DNA of 55,982 bases from a virus (lineage: Duplodnaviria; Caudoviricetes): the IMG/VR virus record IMGVR_UViG_3300011442_000011, positions 1 through 55,982 of that record; one strand, 5' to 3'. The notes under the pieces are model-generated. The model was not told the origin of the DNA. It saw only the letters and a list, made by a program, of their open reading frames with translations, and did no database searches. Each line of letters opens with the position of its first letter. The first letter of the stretch is position 1. Below are positions 32,816 through 43,083 of this stretch, one piece after another. The position numbers and the translations under genes were made by a program.

Positions 32816-35040
32816 ACAAATCCAAAATAAGTGTGGTCCCCAACTTCACCATGACTAGCAATACCCATCTGCCAGACTTCACTGAAGAATGATGTTGCTG
32901 CAAGACCCAATGTGCAAGTAATCCAAACAGGCTCCGCAACTTCAAGTTGGACGCTCTGAATGAATAGTGCTGCGGCGATAAGCCCTGTTACTGTCTCAGT
33001 GACAACTATCTTCTGGCCGATCTGACCTGATAGTGCAGCGAGCATATGGGCGTCTTGATAGTTCGCCTGGAATGTGAGCGAAAATGCTTGATTACCAAGC
33101 AGCTCAAATTGGAATCGAATATAGTCTGCAATTCCCTTCGCGACATTATAATTGTTTTGATACTTCAAATCGATATCAATATCACGTTCACCATATGATT
33201 GAACGCTTATGGATTCTACCGTGATCGGAGAGAAATCGTAGAGTCCTTTTCCTCGAATTTGCAACTTCGTTAGGAATACAGCGCCAGCATCGTTATTTGT
33301 GATTGTGAACTTCGTCGTAGATGCAAAACAATCACCAGTTGGATTTGCTACAGATCCAGTGGTAACTGTAACCTGTGCAGTTTTATTCGTACCACTATCG
33401 TCAGCTAACGTATTCGCAGTCCAATCAGTTCCAGAAACTGGCGTGACCTGTGCTGTGCCACCAATCTTAACACTAGGCTCTGAGGTCTTGTAGTAATCGC
33501 CCCAAACGATGATGGTCTGTCCGGGAGAGATTACTGGTGGATCACCAGTTTGTGCGAAGAGGACTGTGGTAGCTAACGCATCTATTGTTTTTGGATGATA
33601 CGTCGCACGAACATGATTAAAGACACCATCGAGTGTTGTCGGAACTACTAGTCCGACCATATCATCATTGAATGTAAAAGATGTCGCAACTAATTGCCTA
33701 GCATTACGATTTTCATAACGATAGACCCCGTCTGGCCCCATATGCCCAAATCCAATGGAGCTCATGATCAGATCGAATAGTGGATTGTAAACTCTATCAC
33801 CAGCACCGAGCTCAGCAAATGCAAATGGAGAAAGATCTAAGCCAGTATCGAGATTCAGGCCTAGCGGTTGTGTCGTTGGGATGAGCGCTTCGAGAGCTGT
33901 CCGTTGTAGGACATCCTCATTTTGATTTGTCTGGAGTTTCACATTGCGCAAATCATTTTCAAGAAGATCATCCATCAAATCATGAACACGAATTCTCACA
34001 AGCTGAGATGCGTATCGACCTGGGATCGGATCAATAGCAGCAATTTTGCCGATGAAACGCTGATAGTCAGTTCCACTGTAAGTGAAGACGACTCGCGTGA
34101 GCACGCCGTAGTTAAAACCAGAACGATGGCTCAAATGACTCGGAGAATAATAGCCTTGTGTTGAAGCTGAGTTACCCGCATGATTTTTCAAATTGAAAGT
34201 GAGGATTCCAAGATCGGCCATCCTATCTTTTGGACCATTGGCACTAATTCCCCATTTCAAATTGAGCTTAGCAGAATGTGCATCAAGATCGCTAGAAATA
34301 TCAGTCCATAGAGAAGAATTACGCAGAGCAGTAATCTCTGTGGACGACAGTTCTTTTGCATAATAGATCAGATCATCCATGGAACCAATAAAGCGAAGCG
34401 GTGTCCCAGCCTCATCTAATCGTCCGATATACGCATTGGGTGAGGTTCCTCCAATTGTGCCAGCGGCAGCAGTGGCTGATTGGACATTCGTTCCGTTCAC
34501 CCAGATCTTTACTTTATTCGCGCCAGTTGTTCCATCCCATGTGAAGGCGCAATCGTATTCATTGCCGTCTGCGTAACCTGCAGAAGTTACAAAATCCCAG
34601 AGCGTTGTGCCACCAGATGTGAAAGCAAAAAAGCGGAGTTTCCCAGTGGTCTGCTCAAATGAAATTCCATAGCCACGATTTGCGTTATTGAATTTCGCAT
34701 AGATGACGCGTTGGGCTGCGACTGATGCACACTTCAACTTAGAAACATACAGCGAGAATGCTGTTGCTCCTGGTTCGAGAGTTGTGGGGTCGCCAAGCGC
34801 AATCTCACTAGTGGACCCACCGAATGTGAAGCCACCACCACCTTCTGGATTTCCGTTCAGAACACCTTTCGTAATATCACCAGTTATGGTCCCATGCGTA
34901 ACGAGCATTGTATCTCGAGCAGAAGTCCCGGAACGTTCAGACATTCGCCACCAACTGATAGGAGTGGCGTTATATGCCTTTTGTCGAAATGACCCACCGA
35001 GGGCCATCTCGATTTTCATCGTTGGACTAACAACACCCAT
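32812..35040 (-). CDS. tail tip/hub protein with N-terminal LamG (concanavalin-like) domain
   Basis: FTWDG..KIWVNG..YIGR..FIGSMDDL..Y.KELS..EI; directly after tape measure. Confidence 0.8.
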   Translation of the reverse strand: MGVVSPTMKIEMALGGSFRQKAYNATPISWWRMSERSGTSARDTMLVTHGTITGDITKGVLNGNPEGGGGFTFGGSTSEIALGDPTTLEPGATAFSLYVSKLKCASVAAQRVIYAKFNNANRGYGISFEQTTGKLRFFAFTSGGTTLWDFVTSAGYADGNEYDCAFTWDGTTGANKVKIWVNGTNVQSATAAAGTIGGTSPNAYIGRLDEAGTPLRFIGSMDDLIYYAKELSSTEITALRNSSLWTDISSDLDAHSAKLNLKWGISANGPKDRMADLGILTFNLKNHAGNSASTQGYYSPSHLSHRSGFNYGVLTRVVFTYSGTDYQRFIGKIAAIDPIPGRYASQLVRIRVHDLMDDLLENDLRNVKLQTNQNEDVLQRTALEALIPTTQPLGLNLDTGLDLSPFAFAELGAGDRVYNPLFDLIMSSIGFGHMGPDGVYRYENRNARQLVATSFTFNDDMVGLVVPTTLDGVFNHVRATYHPKTIDALATTVLFAQTGDPPVISPGQTIIVWGDYYKTSEPSVKIGGTAQVTPVSGTDWTANTLADDSGTNKTAQVTVTTGSVANPTGDCFASTTKFTITNNDAGAVFLTKLQIRGKGLYDFSPITVESISVQSYGERDIDIDLKYQNNYNVAKGIADYIRFQFELLGNQAFSLTFQANYQDAHMLAALSGQIGQKIVVTETVTGLIAAALFIQSVQLEVAEPVWITCTLGLAATSFFSEVWQMGIASHGEVGDHTYFGFV

Positions 35041-38000
35041 TATGCTTTCGCCATTGCGCTCATCGTTGCTTTCGCCAGTAGATTCGGAATTGTAAACTGG
35101 AAGTCTCTCCGAAGACCCTCTACTTCAGAAGCAACTTTATCAAGTTTCAGTTCTGTTTGTTTCGAGACCCCACCTCCGCCTTTTGCAGCTTCACCGAAAT
35201 GGACACGTTCTGGGCGACCAGTTTCACCTGCCAAGAACATTGTCGGTCGAGATACGATATACTCGCCACCGAATGCCTGTTCCGAAGGTGGAGGCTCGTC
35301 TGGACTTGGATAGTTTGGAGCCGGTGGCGGCGGAGGAATATTTCGCATCCCATCACCAGCCCGTCTAATCGCATCGACCAATTCATTCATCTTATTAACA
35401 AGAGCGCTGAGCCCTTCTAGGAGCTTCTCGTTAGCAGTCTTACCGATGTCCTCCCAGATACCAAGTTCCTTAGATTGGTCGATTAACATTTGCAGATTTG
35501 CATCCAATGGGATGCCGAGTTCTTTCGCGCGCTGTTCTGCCTTATGCAGAAGATCTTGCATGAGTAACAAGGCATCTTTCGTAGTCCCTCCGAAGCTCGC
35601 GACTTGGGCTTGGAGCTGCACATACATATCGTATGCACTGCGCTGCATCGCATCAAATGTGTCTTTATTCAACATCCCCAATTTTGCCAAGATATCCATT
35701 GAAGAGATCAGTGCATCGATTCCAGCAACTAGCGTTGGATTCTTTGCAATGACCTGATCAACGATCATCAGCATATTGAGGAATGCGTCATCGACAGGGA
35801 TCTTAAGGCGCTTGTAAGCCTCAATCAACTCCTGTATACCATCATGATTCATTTGTATTGCTTCGCGCAATGAATAACCAGCTTCGAGTGCTGCATTGAT
35901 TGAAGCAACAGCGATGATTCCAAGATCTCGCAACTGCTCTTTTGTCTCGGGTATGATTGCTTTCGCGATAGCTGAGAAATTCGTTCCCAGCTTCTTGATC
36001 ATTTCCACAACTTCATTCATCTGTTCTTGATGATGTTTCAATGTAGCATCTAGTTCTTTAGTAGCAGCCTCCCATTCTTTCGTGTTTTTTGCAGCGAGTA
36101 GATGTTGGGTGATGAGCTCGCCAGTAGGCCCAAGAATCTTTACTAAACTTGCATGGAGAACATCTAGACCTCCGCGAGCAGCAATAAAAGCATCACGGAG
36201 ATCATTAGTTTTTCTCGCTTCTTGGCCAGCTTTGATCCAACCATAGACCGCACCAACTCCAGCGCCAATTGCAGCGCCCCACGGTCCAAAAACAGAACCG
36301 ACTGCTGCGCCTTGCATTGCGAATTTCGCAGCACTGACCGCAGCCTTATCAGAGGCTGGAATGAATTCAGCGAGCATTCCAAGCATCTGTCCGAATGCCA
36401 ATGTGTGCGCATTCTTAACGCCACTGCCCCAGATATCGATAATTGCCTTTAGATTACGGAGCACACCAGCAGTCATCGTTGCCCATTTATCACCGACGAC
36501 TTCGAGAGCGCCAACTACAAGATCCAAATTGTCGCGCCAATTCCGAGTTCCGTCGGCAAGATGTTGTGCATCTTGCCACATTTTCTTGAATTTCGCAAGC
36601 GTCTCAGCGCTGAATTTATCACTATACGCTAACATCTCATCATAGATACGCTTAGCGTCATTTGCGTGCGCTTGCTGCGCAGCAGACGAATGTGACCATA
36701 CTTCTTTGTATCTTTCAACGGCATTTTCAATTCCACGGAGGCCAGTCTGATCTAACCAATTCGCATAGTCAATCCAAGCCTTATGTTCGCTCTCGATAAA
36801 ATCGAGATGCGCCTTTTCCATCACTTTATACTGACGTTCCACCTCCGCAATAGCCCGCTCACCATTGAAATCAAGGAAATAAGCCTTTGTCTTCCAACGC
36901 TCAGCTTCTAATCTAAGATCCTCATCGATATTATCTTTAACTGCTTTGTTATAGCGTTTCAGAGCCTCGGCTTGCTCTCGAATTGAAGCGATATTCTCAT
37001 TACCAGCCTCTGTCACTTTGCCAAATGCATCAACGACGCGCTGTAATTCAGGTGTAAGTTTCTGACCTTGTGCCTGAAGGAGCTGCGCTTGCTTAGCGAT
37101 GCGTTCGAGGACTTCTGGCGGTAGCTTGCCAGCCTCACCAAGCTCACGCATCACAGTCTGAAGGTCCTGCATGTCCTTGATAAGACCAACACCGCTGATC
37201 TGATCTTTCAGACGTTTCAGAGCTTCAGCATTTGCATCGAGCGCGGGGCCAACTTCACCAGCACGACGTTTTGTATTCTCTTGGACTGAATTCCATAGAT
37301 CTTGGTCAGTTGCAGCTTGATCGACCAGACCGAGCCATCGCTGTAATTTCAGACTAGCATATTCAATATGGTCTGATATGCCAATCCAATCACCGATCAT
37401 TGGGCCAATCTTCCAACCGGCCCAGACTGCTATGAGAAATCCAAGAACATGCGCTAAGCCAAGTAAGACTGTTCCAGCTGTCGTGCTAGCAGCGTTCAAC
37501 GCCCAAACACCAATCGTGTTCATGGCCACCGAATTCGTGAACGCTTGCCAGAGGCCAATGACAATCGGAAAACCACGGGCGATATTGCCAAAGGCTTGCA
37601 ATAAAGATCCGAATGCAATAAGGAGCGGGCCGGTGGCCGCAAGAAGTGCAAAGAATGCGATGACTACGAGCTGTGTTGTTGAGCTCAGCTCACCGAAAGA
37701 TTTAACAACACTATTTATGATTGGAATGAAACCATTGAGAAGCTCAAGAGTCTTTTTGAATACTGGCATCAGCGAAACGCTCAACGAGATGAACGTCCCC
37801 TCAATACCAGCCTTCAGCTGATTCCACATGAACTCTTGCGTAGGCGTAATCTGCTCAAAGGCAGTTCGAAGTTCGCCAGTTGCGCTGGCCATCCGCTGAA
37901 CTTCTTCTGTATAGGTCTTAGCCTGAGCTCCGGTAACTGACAAAATATTTTTCAGAGCTTCAAGTCGACCAACGACATCGATCAGATTGTGCTCTTGACC

Positions 38001-38855
38001 TTTGAACGCATCTTTCAATTCAAGAAGCGTTGCAGCAAGACCCTTTTCTTTGATCTCAGCACGCAACTGAGCATAGGACATATTCACAGTCTTAAGGGCA
38101 TCCTCACCACGCTTTGTTTCTCGTGCGAGCGCCGCAAAGACTGATGCAAGAGATGTGACTGCTTCAGAAGCTGGGACACCAACCTTCGTGACAGTTGCAA
38201 TATTTGCGGCGACCTCCTCAAAACTGATTCCTAATTGTGCAGCAAAGGGAACTACATTAGCGAGAGTTGGCGCGAGCTCTTTGGCTTCTGCACCGCCATC
38301 GCGAACCGCACGTGTCAAGATATCGCCAGCTTTAGCCGCATCTATATTTGAAGATCCGTATGAATTGATTACTGCGGTCAGCGCGCCGGCGACATCTTTT
38401 GCATCGCCCATTCCTGCAGCCGAGCCCATCGCTGCAACTTCAAGAATCTCTAAACCAACTGATGTATCTCGCGTGGTCGACGAAACTTTATACATCGCCT
38501 CCGCCAGCGCATTTGGCCCAATGCCAGTCGCCGGACCAAGTTCGAGGATACGGTCTCGGACTCCGCCAAGTTCCTCTTTAGAAACTCCTGCTAACGACAC
38601 TAGTCGTGTCGTAGCAGCTTCAAATTCACCGCCAAACTTGAATGTCGCAGCGGTTGCCGCAACGATTGGAACTGTGAAGGCAGAGGACATCAGAACCCCT
38701 GCCTCACGGAAACCACGACCGAGGAGTGTTAATTGGTAAGCAGCGGTAGAAGTTCCACCACCGAATTGAGTGACATTCTGCGCAGCTTGATTAAGCGCAG
38801 GTGACATCTCGTCTCGCAACCGCAAGACTGCTAAGAGATCGCCTACGCTAATCAT
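35040..38855 (-). CDS. tape measure protein (TP901-type)
   Basis: 1271 aa, Ala-rich helical, TP901-like core, C-terminal AFGG..V.RPT.FLAGE.G.PE. Confidence 0.92.
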   Translation of the reverse strand: MISVGDLLAVLRLRDEMSPALNQAAQNVTQFGGGTSTAAYQLTLLGRGFREAGVLMSSAFTVPIVAATAATFKFGGEFEAATTRLVSLAGVSKEELGGVRDRILELGPATGIGPNALAEAMYKVSSTTRDTSVGLEILEVAAMGSAAGMGDAKDVAGALTAVINSYGSSNIDAAKAGDILTRAVRDGGAEAKELAPTLANVVPFAAQLGISFEEVAANIATVTKVGVPASEAVTSLASVFAALARETKRGEDALKTVNMSYAQLRAEIKEKGLAATLLELKDAFKGQEHNLIDVVGRLEALKNILSVTGAQAKTYTEEVQRMASATGELRTAFEQITPTQEFMWNQLKAGIEGTFISLSVSLMPVFKKTLELLNGFIPIINSVVKSFGELSSTTQLVVIAFFALLAATGPLLIAFGSLLQAFGNIARGFPIVIGLWQAFTNSVAMNTIGVWALNAASTTAGTVLLGLAHVLGFLIAVWAGWKIGPMIGDWIGISDHIEYASLKLQRWLGLVDQAATDQDLWNSVQENTKRRAGEVGPALDANAEALKRLKDQISGVGLIKDMQDLQTVMRELGEAGKLPPEVLERIAKQAQLLQAQGQKLTPELQRVVDAFGKVTEAGNENIASIREQAEALKRYNKAVKDNIDEDLRLEAERWKTKAYFLDFNGERAIAEVERQYKVMEKAHLDFIESEHKAWIDYANWLDQTGLRGIENAVERYKEVWSHSSAAQQAHANDAKRIYDEMLAYSDKFSAETLAKFKKMWQDAQHLADGTRNWRDNLDLVVGALEVVGDKWATMTAGVLRNLKAIIDIWGSGVKNAHTLAFGQMLGMLAEFIPASDKAAVSAAKFAMQGAAVGSVFGPWGAAIGAGVGAVYGWIKAGQEARKTNDLRDAFIAARGGLDVLHASLVKILGPTGELITQHLLAAKNTKEWEAATKELDATLKHHQEQMNEVVEMIKKLGTNFSAIAKAIIPETKEQLRDLGIIAVASINAALEAGYSLREAIQMNHDGIQELIEAYKRLKIPVDDAFLNMLMIVDQVIAKNPTLVAGIDALISSMDILAKLGMLNKDTFDAMQRSAYDMYVQLQAQVASFGGTTKDALLLMQDLLHKAEQRAKELGIPLDANLQMLIDQSKELGIWEDIGKTANEKLLEGLSALVNKMNELVDAIRRAGDGMRNIPPPPPAPNYPSPDEPPPSEQAFGGEYIVSRPTMFLAGETGRPERVHFGEAAKGGGGVSKQTELKLDKVASEVEGLRRDFQFTIPNLLAKATMSAMAKA

Positions 38856-39177
38856 TGGACTCTTGCGCCTTTAGCTTTCTTTCCATTTCTTCGCGCGCGA
38901 GCTCGAAATGGATCTGACGAACACGCTCAATTCCTGGCGTATTCGGGCGTTTACTGGCGTCCTCTATCTTCTGGCTTTCTTCGTATTGCTCCTTAGCTCG
39001 TGCGTAAAAGCGAAGATCCAAAATTCTGAACAGCAGTCCACCGACATCATTGTCAATTGCCTCGATTGCCTCTGTAGGTAGACAGTTGAATTCTTCGCAA
39101 ACGATGCTAATCAGCCACTCTTCAGGCGCTTCGTCGTTTCCGTTTAGGAACCGATGGAAGCGCTTGAGGCGTTTTTT
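38848..39177 (-). CDS. tail assembly chaperone -1 frameshift extension (gpGT-like)
   Basis: A AAA AAC slippery site 39177-39171; -1 frame open to TAG at 38850-38848. Confidence 0.75.
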   Translation of the reverse strand, partial: KKRLKRFHRFLNGNDEAPEEWLISIVCEEFNCLPTEAIEAIDNDVGGLLFRILDLRFYARAKEQYEESQKIEDASKRPNTPGIERVRQIHFELAREEMERKLKAQESND

Positions 39178-39584
39178 GCGTCACTCTTCGTTTCAGGACG
39201 ACTGAACTTGAATATTGCTTCCGCGATGTATTTCGCGGTCGGTTCGTCAAGCTCGTCCAGGCCGTTGGTCACGCCATCTTTGCTGATCGCAACTGGTGGA
39301 ACCTTGTAGGTCCACGAGACGACACCGAGTCGCAACAGCGTATCGCGATCATAGCTGTTGATGTCAGCCTCTTGCGTATCCTGCATACGCTTGAGTTTGT
39401 CGGTATCGTTATCTTGCAGGGCACGCAGAAGTTCAGCGCCGAGTTCCTTCATGAACCCGACGCCTTCACTCTGACGAGCCTTCTGAGCTTCACGAAGATT
39501 CTTGTGGCTCAGTTTGCGGATGACGACTGTTTCGTTTTCTCCTGGGATGAGAAGATCTGTTGTGATGTTCGTGACCAACGCCAT
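39144..39584 (-). CDS. tail assembly chaperone (gpG-like)
   Basis: between tail tube and tape measure; GVVSW.Y..LDE.T; AGGAGG RBS. Confidence 0.8.
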   Translation of the reverse strand: MALVTNITTDLLIPGENETVVIRKLSHKNLREAQKARQSEGVGFMKELGAELLRALQDNDTDKLKRMQDTQEADINSYDRDTLLRLGVVSWTYKVPPVAISKDGVTNGLDELDEPTAKYIAEAIFKFSRPETKSDAKNASSASIGS

Positions 39585-39628
39585 GCTAATCCTCCTATTA
39601 GAGTAGCCCCGTTACTCTCAGACGACGC

Positions 39629-40057
39629 TTACGACCAGACGCCCGTTGACTTCTGGCGGACGGTTGCGGTGTATTCGGTCAAGCCATCGCGCTTGAGCCC
39701 GACTTCGTACTTGGCGAGATGCACGGTGATCGTGAAGGTCTTGCCAGTAGCAGCAAGGATCACGAGCACACGCCCCACACTCGCGGGTGAAATGTCGCCC
39801 GCAGCGATCTGGAAAACAACGTGCGGGCCTGTCAGCGCGTTGTCGTCGAAAAAGCCACCGATCGGAATGTCGGCCACCTTTGTCAAACCGATTGGCGTAT
39901 GTGATTCCGTGCTGACGCCAAACGGATTTGACTGCTGTGTGATTGATTCGATTGACAAGCCGCCAATCGTGGTCACGAATGGAGTAATGATCCGAGCCGT
40001 GCCGCCCGGTGCATCATCGATTGTGACGGTGACTTCTGATGGTGAATGCTTTGCCAC
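39629..40057 (-). CDS. tail tube protein (short paralog)
   Basis: GTG start with AAGGAG RBS; upstream of chaperone; shares motifs with 40068 gene. Confidence 0.7.
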   Translation of the reverse strand: MAKHSPSEVTVTIDDAPGGTARIITPFVTTIGGLSIESITQQSNPFGVSTESHTPIGLTKVADIPIGGFFDDNALTGPHVVFQIAAGDISPASVGRVLVILAATGKTFTITVHLAKYEVGLKRDGLTEYTATVRQKSTGVWS

Positions 40058-40067
40058 TGTGCACTCC

Positions 40068-41069
40068 TTAGTTGTAGAAGTTGCGTGCGAAACCCGAGAA
40101 CACGTCGATGCTCCCTGAACCAGTAACGTCACCGTTGAAGCTCAAGTAGCGATCAACGATTCCGCTCGCAGTAAGCCGTTGTTTATTGTTGATTGCAGTC
40201 ACGTTTGCGAATGTGACCAATGCTGCATACGTGCTGTCATCCGGTGAGTGCATGATTTTTCCGACAAATCCAGTGAACCCGGAGAATGCTGGAACTTGCT
40301 GATATCCAACGCCACCACCGGAGGTGCTGGCATAGACAAACGTTCCGTCGTTGCCAGTCCCCGTTGATGCTGACGTATTGACGGGGACACTGAAGGTTGT
40401 CGCTGAAAGCACCGTCACGATCTGTTGACCGTTGATCGCTGGACCAGATAGCGAGTTGCCAGAGATGACTATTCGCTGTGTGCTGATCAGACCATGTGGC
40501 TTCGCAGTCGTGATGACACAGGGATTGGCCTTCGTTGAGCCAGTAATGTCTCCACCACGATTCATCTTGTCCAATGTGTTGTCCACTGGAGCATCTGGCG
40601 CGTTAGCACCGCCGGTCTTCGTATCCCAATCGGCAGTGAAGGTTGCTAAGTGTTGAACGATAACACCTTCGTCAACAGCACCCGAAACCAAATATTCCAC
40701 ATCTGCTTCGGTCATCCCTTCGTTGGCATCGAGGATCGTATATTTCTGCGAATAGGCTCCCTCGAAGCCCATGAAATGATTGCCAATGGTATTGGTCTCG
40801 ATAGCCGCGCAGACGATTCGACTGATCCCGACGACTGTGCTCAATGCACCGTGGAGCGCATCGGTTGCGGTATCGAAGAAACCCTTGCCGACGCTGAGAG
40901 CACCGCGGACTATACCAATCGGAGTATGGGACTCATTTCCAGTCCCGAATGGATGGGTCTCCTGAGTAATCGATTCTTCACCCATTGACACCGAGTCCAT
41001 GATCGACGCAGCGAGATTGTAACCGTCGACCAGGAACACTGAAAATTGCGAGCCTGCGTATTTACTCAT
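40068..41069 (-). CDS. tail tube-like protein (long paralog with C-terminal extra domains)
   Basis: ESITQ..PFG..ESHTPIG..GFFD core plus ITG.TKANPCVITT..PHGL beta domain. Confidence 0.7.
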   Translation of the reverse strand: MSKYAGSQFSVFLVDGYNLAASIMDSVSMGEESITQETHPFGTGNESHTPIGIVRGALSVGKGFFDTATDALHGALSTVVGISRIVCAAIETNTIGNHFMGFEGAYSQKYTILDANEGMTEADVEYLVSGAVDEGVIVQHLATFTADWDTKTGGANAPDAPVDNTLDKMNRGGDITGSTKANPCVITTAKPHGLISTQRIVISGNSLSGPAINGQQIVTVLSATTFSVPVNTSASTGTGNDGTFVYASTSGGGVGYQQVPAFSGFTGFVGKIMHSPDDSTYAALVTFANVTAINNKQRLTASGIVDRYLSFNGDVTGSGSIDVFSGFARNFYN

Positions 41070-41364
41070 GAGTCACTTCCTTCTGTTTCGCAGGTCCTAC
41101 AGTTTCTTCCACGAGGATCCAACCCCGATCCACGTAAAGGTCACGTGTGCTTTCCGGCATGTCGGAACAATCCTGACCTTCGGTAACCGTTTTGTAGGTC
41201 ACCAATTTTTTCTGGTCTTCAGTCAGATTGCGTCGACCACCAACGTGTTCAATAATCTGCTGACTGCGTTTATCAGCAGGATAATTGAATTCGTGTCCGG
41301 GTGCTACACGATAACTTTTTCGCACTTGAGTTCTCCGTTGAAATCGTATGCACAATTTGTGCAA
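41062..41364 (-). CDS. hypothetical protein (start uncertain)
   Basis: co-oriented, overlaps neighbours. Confidence 0.55.
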   Translation of the reverse strand: MHKLCIRFQRRTQVRKSYRVAPGHEFNYPADKRSQQIIEHVGGRRNLTEDQKKLVTYKTVTEGQDCSDMPESTRDLYVDRGWILVEETVGPAKQKEVTHE

Positions 41365-41495
41365 ATCAAATACGTGTCACCAAATCCACCAGATGCCACA
41401 CGTTTATTTGGAGGAGCTCCACATTTCGGACAAGGAGAATCCTTCAGTGACTTGATGGACTTTCCATTCGGATCAACAAGAAGTGATTCGGCCAT
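41304..41495 (-). CDS. zinc-ribbon protein
   Basis: CPKC...CTNC; AAGGAG RBS. Confidence 0.6.
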   Translation of the reverse strand: MAESLLVDPNGKSIKSLKDSPCPKCGAPPNKRVASGGFGDTYLICTNCAYDFNGELKCEKVIV

Positions 41496-41887
41496 TATGA
41501 CGGCTCCTTATAGAGATACACATTAAATCCAAATCGATGTCGATTTTTCTCATCACGTAGCTGAATCGCAAACGGTGCTTGTTGTGGAGTTACCGTTAAA
41601 TACTGCACACCACTCTGAGGACCCGGTTGAATTGCGGCTAGCGCCCTATAAGCGATCTCAGCTTTGGTTCGAGGAGTTACCGGATCCAATGGTGCTCCAC
41701 GAAACATAATCTGTAGTGCAGGCTTTTCATATCCGATGCCAACCACGCCGAAACGACCCTCTGGATGTTGACCAGGATATTCGTAGATACAACCAACTTC
41801 ATCTGGCTCATCAGGCATCGCATGTTTCTTCAATAGCCCGAGAGTTCCTAGAGCATTGAGAAACGAATACATCTCTTCGATGGTCAT
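41495..41887 (-). CDS. tail terminator-like protein
   Basis: MPDEPD..IYEYPG..E.PALQI.FRG..DEKNRH.F.FN; synteny. Confidence 0.7.
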   Translation of the reverse strand: MTIEEMYSFLNALGTLGLLKKHAMPDEPDEVGCIYEYPGQHPEGRFGVVGIGYEKPALQIMFRGAPLDPVTPRTKAEIAYRALAAIQPGPQSGVQYLTVTPQQAPFAIQLRDEKNRHRFGFNVYLYKEPS

Positions 41888-42255
41888 AAACGATTCAAAT
41901 CAATTCGTCGAGCGAAGCGATCCAACATATACGGAGCGCTTTCTAATAGCGTGCTCTCGAGAAACTTTGCTTGCCCGATTGGATGATCGGCTTCAAGATC
42001 CTCGTGGACGTATACAGCATACCACATACTGAAAATCAACTGAATCGAGATATCTCGTCCATCAACTTCTGGATCGCTCAAATGAGCAGAATCACGTAGA
42101 TCACCAGTTTTACGCGGTGTTCTCCGAATCGCTTCGTTGAGCTCAATTCGGGCTTCATTCCGGAGCGCACGCTTCAATTCTCCAGGAGTTGCATCAGCAA
42201 TCCTGCGCAAATTGCGCGAACATTCCAATTGCCCTATGAGCTCTAATTCAGGCAT
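41884..42255 (-). CDS. HK97 gp10-like neck protein
   Basis: TP.KTGDLRDS..YAVYVHE..H..GQAKFLE. Confidence 0.8.
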   Translation of the reverse strand: MPELELIGQLECSRNLRRIADATPGELKRALRNEARIELNEAIRRTPRKTGDLRDSAHLSDPEVDGRDISIQLIFSMWYAVYVHEDLEADHPIGQAKFLESTLLESAPYMLDRFARRIDLNRL

Positions 42256-42641
42256 TAGCCTAAGATCACTTCAAACATATAGGGTTTATGTGTTGATGGA
42301 TCAATAACGCCATTCACATCAAGAATCGGGCCAGTGTAGCCACTCGGCAATACGATCTTATCTCGAGTGTCCAACGGTTCTTTCCGATTTGCCGCACCGT
42401 TACTCGCGAGTGGTCGAGGAATTGTCACAAGAGCTTTCTGAAGGATCTCTTCACCAGCAGCAGTGCGACGTTTCCTGACCTTTTCCTCGACAATCGCCGA
42501 GACAGTAACAGCAGAGCCAAATTGTGGCTTAGAATCAGAATCATCAGAAATCCAAGGATAGATTGTGATATCGTCCTGTGCGCTATCGGACATGCTGTCC
42601 GCTAACGCTACCGATTCACGAACCAGCTTGGCGATATCCAT
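42255..42641 (-). CDS. head closure (stopper) protein
   Basis: synteny; beta-rich; RDKIVLPSG. Confidence 0.6.
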   Translation of the reverse strand: MDIAKLVRESVALADSMSDSAQDDITIYPWISDDSDSKPQFGSAVTVSAIVEEKVRKRRTAAGEEILQKALVTIPRPLASNGAANRKEPLDTRDKIVLPSGYTGPILDVNGVIDPSTHKPYMFEVILG

Positions 42642-43082
42642 CTAGTTCTCGTCCATCGTGACATCGACATCGACAAGCCCATTGGCTGTGATATTCCAAA
42701 GAACGATTGTTCCTCCGGCTGGGATCAACAAGCCTTTATCGAAAGTCCATTTGATATAGGTGCCAATGGTTGCCGGAAATCCGACTCGACGAAAGAATTG
42801 TGCAGGGACTGTTGGTCCAGTGCCCCATGCGATCGCAGTTGTCGATTGTGGTTCGTTTTGATCGCCAGCATTTTCCATCAGGAATTTTACTGGTGTTGTC
42901 GGCGTGATGCCCTTTGCTGCTGGACGTCCAAGACCAAAAACGCTTGCAACAGCGGTTGCAAGTGTGATATTGATCTCACGAATTCGTGGGCCTTCGTTCT
43001 GTAGCGTAAGAGGCGCAATGATCTCGAGCGCCGCTGTGGCGATTGTTCCGTCTGAAGTTCTACGAGCTAGTGAAACTCTCAT
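42642..43082 (-). CDS. putative virion structural protein
   Basis: beta-rich 146 aa within neck module; GAGGTG RBS. Confidence 0.6.
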   Translation of the reverse strand: MRVSLARRTSDGTIATAALEIIAPLTLQNEGPRIREINITLATAVASVFGLGRPAAKGITPTTPVKFLMENAGDQNEPQSTTAIAWGTGPTVPAQFFRRVGFPATIGTYIKWTFDKGLLIPAGGTIVLWNITANGLVDVDVTMDEN

Positions 43083-43083
43083 T

